DNA from: Eledone cirrhosa
Lineage: Eukaryota
Direction of reading: 5' to 3'
Length of the DNA stretch: 64,000 bases
Assembly (NCBI GenBank): GCA_964016885.1
Contig: OZ024741.1
Coordinates: forward strand, 89,900,001-89,964,000
Within the stretch, counting starts at the first letter, position 1. Each line of letters opens with the position of its first letter. This document shows, in pieces, positions 54,526-64,000 of the stretch. Below the pieces are notes generated by a model that made no database searches, was not told where the DNA came from, and was given only the letters and a program-made list of their open reading frames with translations. The position numbers were made by a program, and so were the translations under genes.

Positions 54526-55299
54526 ATACATACATGCATATATATATATATATATATAGTAAAACATTGAACGGGAACAAAACAGAGAGGCAGTACGAAC
54601 AAAGGTTTATTAGTTTCACGCTCTTGAGAGTGGGGTATATATATATATATATATATATATTAAGACAGGGGGGAAGAAAAAAATGGCTTCACTTGTGCTT
54701 TCAACAAATTTATTTTCTTCACAAAATCCAAAATGAATTTTTTTCCGGATTAGAAAAAAAAAAAAAAAAAAAAAATTTTTTAAATTAAGTCGTTGGTTGT
54801 TGGTTAGGTCTTAGGAGTTCTTGGTTAGCGTAGAAGGTATTGTTTCGTTTTTAGAAAGACCTTTCACGCTGAGGTGCGCTTGGCAAACTGATGTGTATGT
54901 GGTGTGTTGTTCTATATATAGGGATTTAACATGTTTGTGGTGCGGTGGGGGTTTTTTCCTCCCCTTTTAATAAGTGTAGGGGTGTAGGTGTGTTGAAAAA
55001 ATGTTAATAGCAGTAATGAGTTGAGACAGTGAGTAGGGTTGGGTGGGGAGAAATGTAGCAAGCGCGGCCTGCCCCGGTCATTCTCGAAAAATTCCTTTAT
55101 TCAGGGGAAAAAGCTTTTAGTATTCCTTTGTATCGAAAATGGTCATAGGCAAACCGCACCTGCCAAGCTTGTAAACAATTATTTTTTTCTGAAGAATTTT
55201 TCTACGTCCATCCCAAAATTAGTCCTTTGTTCAACACACACATATGCGCGTATATACGTACATACACACACGGGCATATGTAGGAATATATAGACACAC

Positions 55300-55621
55300 A
55301 CCATCAATCACACACCCATGTACATATACATCCACATACATACATAAAAACATATAAAGACACATATAAAAACACATATACACATACGTACACACACGAA
55401 TATGTACTCATACCTCCACATGGGTATATATATATATATATATATATATACATACATATACATATATATACACACATAAAGATACATAACTAAATATACA
55501 TATATACACATACACACACACATACACACACACACACACGTGTACACACACACACACACACACATACATATGTCCGTATATATACATCCGTTCACACATA
55601 CATGCATACACACACACACAT

Positions 55622-55663
<42 letters not shown>

Positions 55664-55909
55664 GCATACACACACATACATATATATATACACATACAGA
55701 CACATACACACATATACATATATATACACATATATATATATCTATATATATATATATATACACATACACATACACATACAAACACATACATACACACATA
55801 CATACATACACATACATACACACATACATACATACACATACATATACATACATACATACATATACACATATATATATATATATGTGTACACACAAACACA
55901 TAAAGACAC

Positions 55910-55976
<67 letters not shown>

Positions 55977-56197
55977 TACATACATACATATACACATACA
56001 GAAACATACATATACGTACACACATATATACATATATGCACATACATACACACACACACATATATAGATACATACATATACATACACACACATATAAACA
56101 TATATCTATATACATATATATATATACATATATATATATACAAATATACACACACATACATATACATATATATATATATATACATACACACATATAC

Positions 56198-56228
<31 letters not shown>

Positions 56229-56350
56229 TACATACATACACACATCCATACATATATATACACACACATACACACACCCACATACATATATACCCACACG
56301 TACATATATATACACATCCATACATACCTACACACATATATGTGTGTGTC
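55300..56350. repeat. ~1-kb compound (CA/TA/TACA) low-complexity tract just downstream of the Penelope ORF
   Basis: Seen directly. Confidence 0.95.
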
Positions 56351-56433
56351 TCACCGTTCACTCAGATATTCATGTGTACACATAAGAAGAGGGGGGGGGG
56401 TAGTGAAATGGAATTTTACCTCCGAGTGTTAAT

Positions 56434-57140
56434 TCATTTTTTCGTGTTCAGTAGTGTTTTAAATTTTTCAATGAAGAATTCTTCTTTATATCTGCGGAAA
56501 TGTTCGTTATCCGACCATATCTTGAAGAAAGGGAAGATTGTGAATTTTCCCTTCCCGCATGATGCAAAGTGTGCGCTACATGTGGTATTTCTGACTGTGG
56601 GGTCTTTAATTTGTTGTTTATGTACCCGGACTCTATCATGTAGTCCCGTTCCGGTTTCACCAATGTAATACTCTTTACACTGTGGACATGTTGCGCAATA
56701 TATTAGGTTTTTCGTTTTGCAGTTCATGTTTGCATTGACCTTGAAATTATCATGGTTTTTGAAGGACAACTGTTTGCCCTCTTCGATGAGTTCACAGGTT
56801 CCACATCTAGGGTCCCCGCATTTCGTCACTTGCATTGATTCCATGTTGGTCGTAAATTTTGCCTTGGTAATTAGTTTTTTAAGGTTGGGTGCTTGGCGTC
56901 TGCTATAAATTATCTGTGTGTTTTTTAAGAGTGCATTCATTTTGGTAGATTGCTGTAGAATCGGGAGATACTGCTTAGCAGTTTTCACAATGTTGACGTT
57001 CCCTGGGTTGTGAGTGATGACAAAAGAGATAGCAGGGTTTTCTTTTTTATGTTGTGGGTTTGGTTTTCTCAGTGTTGTTATTGGGATGTTCTTAGCCTTG
57101 GAGATGGCTGCGTTGATGAGTTTCATCTGGTATTCTTGTT
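56434..57140 (-). pseudogene. Penelope C-terminus with GIY-YIG endonuclease, open frame, 5'-truncated (tentatively Neptune-like)
   Basis: [67 protein letters not shown]. Confidence 0.92.
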
Positions 57141-57647
57141 TATATATATACATGTGTGTATGTTTGCATGTATGTATTTATACATGTAATTACTGTAAAT
57201 TGTTCTGTTAGGAACGGACAATATCACAGTTCCATTCTCAAAGGACACTGAACTATTCATGTAAAATTCACTTTTCTATAAATTATCTGCTGATTTTACG
57301 TCATATTCTGGACATTGCAGGAGTAAAATCTGCATTTGTAAAGAAATATTACACAGAAACGATCGTTCAGGAATTTTAACATACAAAAACACAGTCAATG
57401 ATCTACAGTAAAACTAAATGTGTGCACTCTGAACAGGTGATTGCAGCTGCATAACTGCAATTCACTAGATTTGTTGAGTGAGCTAGACGTTGGCTGAAGA
57501 ACACTGTATTTATACCAGCGATCTTCGTTAATAGTGTTTTCCAGCACCAACAGTTTTGCAAGAGATGTCAACATGAATGGACCTGTTATTTTTATCTAAA
57601 GACATTTTTTCCAATTCCAACCTCAATCTTTCTTATTTCTCATTCTT

Positions 57648-57683
57648 TCTTCTGATGAAGGACTAGCGTCCGAAACTTTAAGA
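57648..57683 (+). ncRNA. Minimal hammerhead, family C (element ~57595-57775)
   Basis: tctt-CTGATGA-a-ggac-tagc-gtcc-GAAA-CT-TT-aaga. Confidence 0.7.
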
Positions 57684-57806
57684 CCCTCTTTCTGCTGTAT
57701 CAAGCGTTAACCTAATATATCCCTTCCATATGCTGTACAGATTGTGTTGTTATTTCTGTTTACTGTTTACATATATAATCGTCTGATTCACATAGTTTCA
57801 AATTGA

Positions 57807-57844
<38 letters not shown>

Positions 57845-57849
57845 CTAAT

Positions 57850-57996
57850 GAATTGTGGTAAGGAACCAGATGGACCATAACACACCAGAGTACTCAATAC
57901 TTAGGGTAGTAGAGTTGGAAATAGGAAAAAGTATGACCCCGACAGCAGAGCTCAAGCCGTATCCAGAAATAGCCGTCGGGGTCATACTTTTTCCTA
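57850..57996. repeat. Family F repeat with terminal fold-back
   Basis: Homologous to 9195-9385; ataggaaaaagtatgaccccgac is inverted at 57974-57996. Confidence 0.8.
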
Positions 57997-58015
57997 TATA
58001 TATATATATATATAC

Positions 58016-58104
<89 letters not shown>

Positions 58105-58248
58105 CAAGGAAAAGTTTTTAGGTTGAAAATGCACTTGTAATCTTTAAAATTGTGTATTTTTTAAAATGCTTTACATATTGTTTTTAATTTTCAATGTTAA
58201 ATAATATAGAATGAAATTTTAAAAGAATATGTTTCATACTAATGATAT

Positions 58249-58400
58249 ATGATCAGGAGCCTCGACGCGGCCGGCTTCGATCGTGATGAAGGTAAGCGCC
58301 CAGATGAGATAACTCTCTTCCCATTTGAGGGAGCTAAATCCTTAATCTGGGATGCCACTGCCACCCGCAATGGAGAGGCGAGGAAGATAACCAGGATCAC
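58249..58400 (+). pseudogene. CRE-like RLE endonuclease fragment
   Basis: [33 protein letters not shown]. Confidence 0.75.
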
Positions 58401-60484
58401 GTGGGTTCACGACCTGTTTGGCTTTCATCTCAGTAATGTCACTCGTTTTCCCAACGTTCTTGTTAGCTGTATAGTGAATAATGTCCACTACTTCTATATT
58501 TCCTCAAATGTTAAGAAGTATTCCAGAATTTCTATATTTCCAAAAAGCTATAAAAATGTTAATTTGTATATATAAATCTTCACATTAAATCTATAAGTAT
58601 CTATATCTTCCATAATTATAAGCTTCATATATTTGACTGGGAACGAAATAAAGCGTGATTTCGTAGCAACTCTGTCTTTATATAACTCTCCTCAGCGAGG
58701 AGACAATTAGAGATTCGCAGATATATTTGAGTTCAATAAAAACAGAAAGATAGTGCACCCTTTGGACATGTTAGTTAGCGGACAAAATGATTTTCATTCT
58801 AAGTTGCTTTAACTATAACTATAACGGTTACTATCGAAAGTAATCTGGAATCTCCTATTGCCATTTGTTTCCTCACCATATCTTTTTGTACGTCCATTCA
58901 CATGCTACACTCATCAGTGCCAGTGTTCCAACAGTCTAGTGAATGTTTTTATTTCGAATTTTCATCAACTCTGCACAAGAAGAAATAATAAATTAAGAAG
59001 ATATAATATTCTTTTAACGTTGAGTATGTTAATTCTTTGTCCCTGTGCATCTTAGATTCACAAATATTTGGATAAAAAAAAAACATGAGTAGTCTTATTC
59101 AGATGTCTTGCTGTTGCTATGATTATTTAACCTCAGATCAGCCCTGATTTAAAACCAAATATATTCCAGCCATGACCATCTCAACTTTGTTTTTTTTTCT
59201 GTGAGCTTGACTTGGGTAAGATGAACGTCACCACAACAAACTCTGTGTTACAGTAAACAGATACGAATACAGAATCTTCCGATCTAAAAACCATTGATAT
59301 GTGATTGATTATAACATTATATACATGAAAGGGAAGCCATTAAAATGTGAGATATATCTATGGATATAGAAAAGGAAACAATGTTGCCATTGGCCTTTCC
59401 ATTGATGATATCTGACGGTTGCAACTCGTGGCAGAAGAAGCATCATGAAATAAAGTATTTCGTCTTAGAACATAACACACCATCCAGTCACGGAATCAAA
59501 CCCATGACCCTATTATTGTTACCTCACAAAAACCAGTAGGCCACGTATCTTCATAAAAATGTCAAATATATCTACAAATATAAACATGTCGAAAGCTGGT
59601 CAATCACAGGTTTATTTTGTAGCCAGCAGAATTATAGAGCAGACTGATAATTGGTCGTCCAAACAGTAATTATTTAAAATTGTAGTTGACCCCTGCTGGT
59701 GCAGTTCTAAATCTAATTTTATGCAGTAAATTTATATTTTGTATCAAGTACTACATACACAATTGTGGTATTTGATGGTTCAAATACTTAAAAACCTCAT
59801 AAAATGTTTAAAATAGCTATTACAGTTCTAAAATTTCATGAAAGTAAACCCTGTGTCTACGGTAGAAGACACATGCTCAATTTACCATTTAAACTTGTAC
59901 ATACAAATAAAATACTTTGAAATTATCATAGTATTATTCTATCAATAAATTCTTTATTGGTATAGTATAAATACAAGAAGCAATTATGAATAATCCATTA
60001 TCGTTGTTATCACTACGAACAACTATCTATTTCCTGCACACTGATATTCATACAAACATACACTCACACGCATATGTACATACGCGCTCACACTCTCACA
60101 CACACACAGATATATATATATAACAGTAACAACCAATTCCGCAGGCAGTTTATTAACACCTGGTTGGTAGCTACAGAGAAAAACAGACATCACCGAATTT
60201 CTTTTTTCATGTTTGAAGTCATTTTCCTCTCATCTCTCGTATTAAATTTGTTTACCTATTTATTTCTTTATTTGTCTGTTTGTTTGTTTACATACTTATT
60301 ATGTTGTTGCTTCTTAATTTATTTGTATATTGTATATTCTTTGACATGAGTAAGTCAATGTGTTCTTGGGGAGTAACAACCAAATCTACTTTCTGAATGA
60401 TGCCATCTCAGATTCACAGATGGCTTTAAAGTGAGGAGGCCCTGCATGTGTTTGTGTGCAAATCCTTGTTGGTTGAGTGTGTGA

Positions 60485-60597
<113 letters not shown>

Positions 60598-60878
60598 TGT
60601 GTGTGTATGTAGATAAATATGCAAGAGTGTGTGTACGTATAAGGTCGTGAGTGTGCGTTGTTTTAAAAGTGTGAGGAGTCTGACATATTTAAGCTAAACA
60701 GATTTGCAAGTCGGAATTAAATGGTTTCGTGTAAACATCAGCTAGTAGATCGAATTTATTCACAAGATTTCCCTTAAATCCACTCATGTTAACTTACATA
60801 TGATAAATATATGTCATACAATATGATACTTCTAATATAATTTATTCACCATTCAAGTGTTTCTGAACAATAAATTAT

Positions 60879-60917
<39 letters not shown>

Positions 60918-60921
<4 letters not shown>

Positions 60922-61435
60922 CGTTTCTGAATTTGTTTAGCAAGATTCTTTATCTGAAATCGTGTGTTGAAACCGATATTGTTATACTTTGGGAGGGTCA
61001 TGTTGCCAATAAGAAACACACGCACCAGTTGCTTTCACTTCAATTTATTATATATTTATAAATTTACAAATCTACAAACTTATAAATTTCTGGTTGGTTG
61101 GTTGGTTCCACAACCAGATAGTTGTTTATATATATAGTCATAGTCCTTTCGTCACACACTCTGTGACCTCTTCAGTGACTGGGGATTCCTTTCTTCTCTT
61201 CGTTTCTGTGCCTTTTCTTTCTTCTATCCTACGCCATTTTGTTTCTGTGTGTGTGTTGTGTGCTCAGTTTGCGCATGTGCCACATCCGGGTGTCTGTGTG
61301 TGCTTGTGTTCACTTTTCTATTTGTTTATTTATTTATAAGTTTGTAGATTTGTAAATTTATAAATATATAATAAATTGAAGTGAAAGCAACTGGTGCGTG
61401 TGTTTCTTATTGGCAACATGACTCTCCCAAAGTAT

Positions 61436-61441
<6 letters not shown>
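60918..61441 (-). mobile_element. Family B element with inverted 3'-end copy (~61338-61441); hammerhead at 61136-61180
   Basis: agtca-CTGAAGA-g-gtcaca..tgtgac-GAAA-GGAC-TA-tgact on the minus strand; (TA)n on both sides. Confidence 0.85.
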
Positions 61442-61479
<38 letters not shown>

Positions 61480-61483
<4 letters not shown>

Positions 61484-63200
61484 ATAATAATAAAATTGAA
61501 GACTAAAATCCAAAGAGGGCTCGATAAGGAAAATATATATCAAATATATAAGAACCGAAGAGCAAATATTTATTAAAATAACAGATTAAAGTTTAAGCAA
61601 AGAATCGCTGCTTTCACCCTTAACGGGATCTTCTGAAACTAACAAAGTCAATCTGTAAACGCAGAACTGGATATTTCAAAAAACGTTGCAACCGGAGGAA
61701 GACAGGAAGACGATACTTTGGTTCGTGGTAACGTTCGCTGGCAAAGAACGGGAAAAAACGAATAATACGTCATTAATAGGAGCGGTGAAAAACAATTACG
61801 CGCAAAGACAGAACCACGTTTATGGTATAAAGGAGGTCGTAGACTAATGTTCTCTTAGGTGGTGCATAGAGACGTTCTCTGGCAATGAACGAAAAAACGA
61901 AGATAATAAGTCATATGTGGAGCGTGGAGAACAATAGCACGCAAAGACAAAACCACGTAAATGGTATAGCAGAAGTTGTAGACTAAAATTCTAACTAGGA
62001 GACCAAATGAATCTCCGCTACAGAGTTAAGAACAAAGTAAATAAATACAATACAGAAGTAATAGAAACAAATAAATACATACACGCAAACAGATACGTAC
62101 ATACACAAGCATACGCAAAACCTTACCATAGGTATACAAAACCACGCACATATAAATATGTGTGTGTGTGTATGCTTGTGTACACATAAATAAATAATTA
62201 TATAAACGTATATAAGTAAATAAATACGTATATAACAAGCGCGCACACACATACCTACAAATAAATACACGAATGTTCGGAGACGTAAGTCAACTAAAAC
62301 AAGAAGTACACATATACACACACCCACCATACGTACGAACCTGTATACTCACGCAGACGCAAAACTCCCGTATACACATAGCCAAACCCTAAATACCAGA
62401 ATATGTAAAAATTATACGCCATAACAGTCAAATATACGTACAAGAAGGTATACATACCTTCACAAAACATACGGGTAATATATACTTACCTATGCAAATA
62501 AGTAAAGGAATAAACAAAACATATACTTAGCTCCCACATCAAGACGTAAAATATCCACGTATAGATCGTGCTATCCGTTAGGGTATAACGTGGGGCTGTA
62601 ATACAGGAAAGTTTTGTGCAATTTATGTTTACAAGCCGAAATTGCCTCAGATTTTTTGTTTAAGATGTGGTCTGTGGCGTAGAGTATTTCCAGGGCCTCA
62701 GCGGCGCAGAGGTCACATGGTCTTTTATTTCCGTTATACGATCTAGCCCTAGCTAGGATCTCCCAGTGTAACTTATATTGGGTGTGGTTGTCTTTTAGAC
62801 TCCAGATATAAGCTGAAAGTGACGTCATATTCCTTCTTAGAGGGTAACGAAAAGAATGGGTATGCATGTAAAGACGCTGCTTGAAACTATTGGCGGTTAA
62901 CCCTATGTAGGCCCTACGGGACGTGGGTGTTACAACCTTACATTTGTAGACAATGTTACTAGAGAGGCATTTCCCGGATAGGGGACAATCAGCCCGATTC
63001 CTACAATTACAGTTAGTACTAACTACAGGGTTGCACGTGTTCCTACGGCTAGGTAGTTTAGCTAAATTTGAAGCTGTGATGTTATGTGCAAGGTTAGGAG
63101 TCGTAGAGTAAGAAATTTTAATAGTATTTTTGTTAGTTTCAGAAGATCCCGTTAAGGGTGAAAGCAGCGATTCTTTGCTAATCTGTTATTTTAATAAATA
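61480..63200 (-). mobile_element. 5'-truncated Penelope element: GIY-YIG ORF, ~1.1-kb 3' UTR with family E HHR (61590-61640), inverted pLTR piece at 63129-63200
   Basis: ORF translation, HHR motif, and an inverted copy at the truncation point. Confidence 0.88.
62571..63131 (-). pseudogene. Penelope GIY-YIG endonuclease, open frame (tentatively Nematis-like)
   Basis: Hand translation upstream of the listed ORF: KNTIKISYSTTPNL..CNCRNRADCPLSGKCLSSNIVYKC..YIGLTANSFKQR..H, then LSAYIWSLK..CDLCAAEALEI..LNKKSE..CKH. Confidence 0.92.
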
Positions 63201-63254
63201 TATATAACATGTTATCCATGTGCAACCATGCAGTATTCTTCTCCCCATTTTTTC

Positions 63255-63290
<36 letters not shown>

Positions 63291-63417
63291 AACATTTTGA
63301 ATAATATAAAAAATATTAAAACTCCAGGAAATCTGCTTGTTGGGTGCTTCTAATCTATTGTAAAATTGTATTCGTTGAGTAATCAACGAACCATACTAAT
63401 CTTTGGTTATATATATG

Positions 63418-63508
<91 letters not shown>

Positions 63509-63543
63509 ATATGTATATATGTATATATATATGTGTGTGTGTG

Positions 63544-63585
<42 letters not shown>

Positions 63586-63626
63586 AATGGTGTATATATC
63601 TTATCAAATGATTCTATGGACATAAT

Positions 63627-63667
<41 letters not shown>

Positions 63668-63694
63668 GGGGCTGTATGGTTACTGGGATAATAT

Positions 63695-63880
63695 TGTGGA
63701 TTGGCAATATCGGTAGAGGGTCGGACGCCATGCTTGTCAGCATAGTTACGTCCCTTTACGATCTGAGTTCAAATCCTGCCAAGGTTGACTTTGCCTTTCA
63801 TCCTTACGGGGTCGATAAAATAAAGTACCAGTAATGCACTGGTTAATTTCTGGCCTTGTGCCTAACGTAGAAACAATTAT
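63695..63880 (+). mobile_element. Meta-type tRNA SINE, near full length
   Basis: tggcaatatcggtagagg..gagttcaaatcc..ctttgcctttcatccttacggggtcgataaaataaagtacc. Confidence 0.85.
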
Positions 63881-64000
63881 TTAAAAAAACACGTGGGAGC
63901 TATAAAGAAACAGAAAACTCGGAAGACACAAACACAAGGACAATTCTCGCTCATTGGCTGTTTTCTGTGGATCATTATAATTTCGGATGCTTTAAAGACA

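Overview
This is AT-rich, repeat-saturated animal DNA with no confidently identifiable host gene. The SINE complement and the very high (TA)n/(CA)n density suggest an octopod cephalopod genome, which is my inference from pattern recognition only. Most predicted ORFs are microsatellite artefacts. Real coding remnants all belong to transposons: Penelope-like elements (RT and GIY-YIG), a hAT transposase, R4/Dong-like, CRE-like, RTE and CR1 LINE fragments, and Gypsy remnants. Three things stand out. (1) About 25 type I hammerhead ribozyme (HHR) motifs from roughly ten sequence-unrelated families lie in short non-coding elements next to (TA)n tracts. They include a tandem retrozyme-like array with covarying stem I and a recurrent CAGAAGA (U4A) core variant tied to a GIY-YIG Penelope. 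(2) These elements repeatedly form fold-back palindromes with arms up to 260 bp. (3) A 6.1-kb array has 4 LTRs and 3 internal segments of a non-autonomous Gypsy-derived element (period 1840 bp), and its middle LTRs look chimeric. All structures were read by eye; no folding or database search was run.
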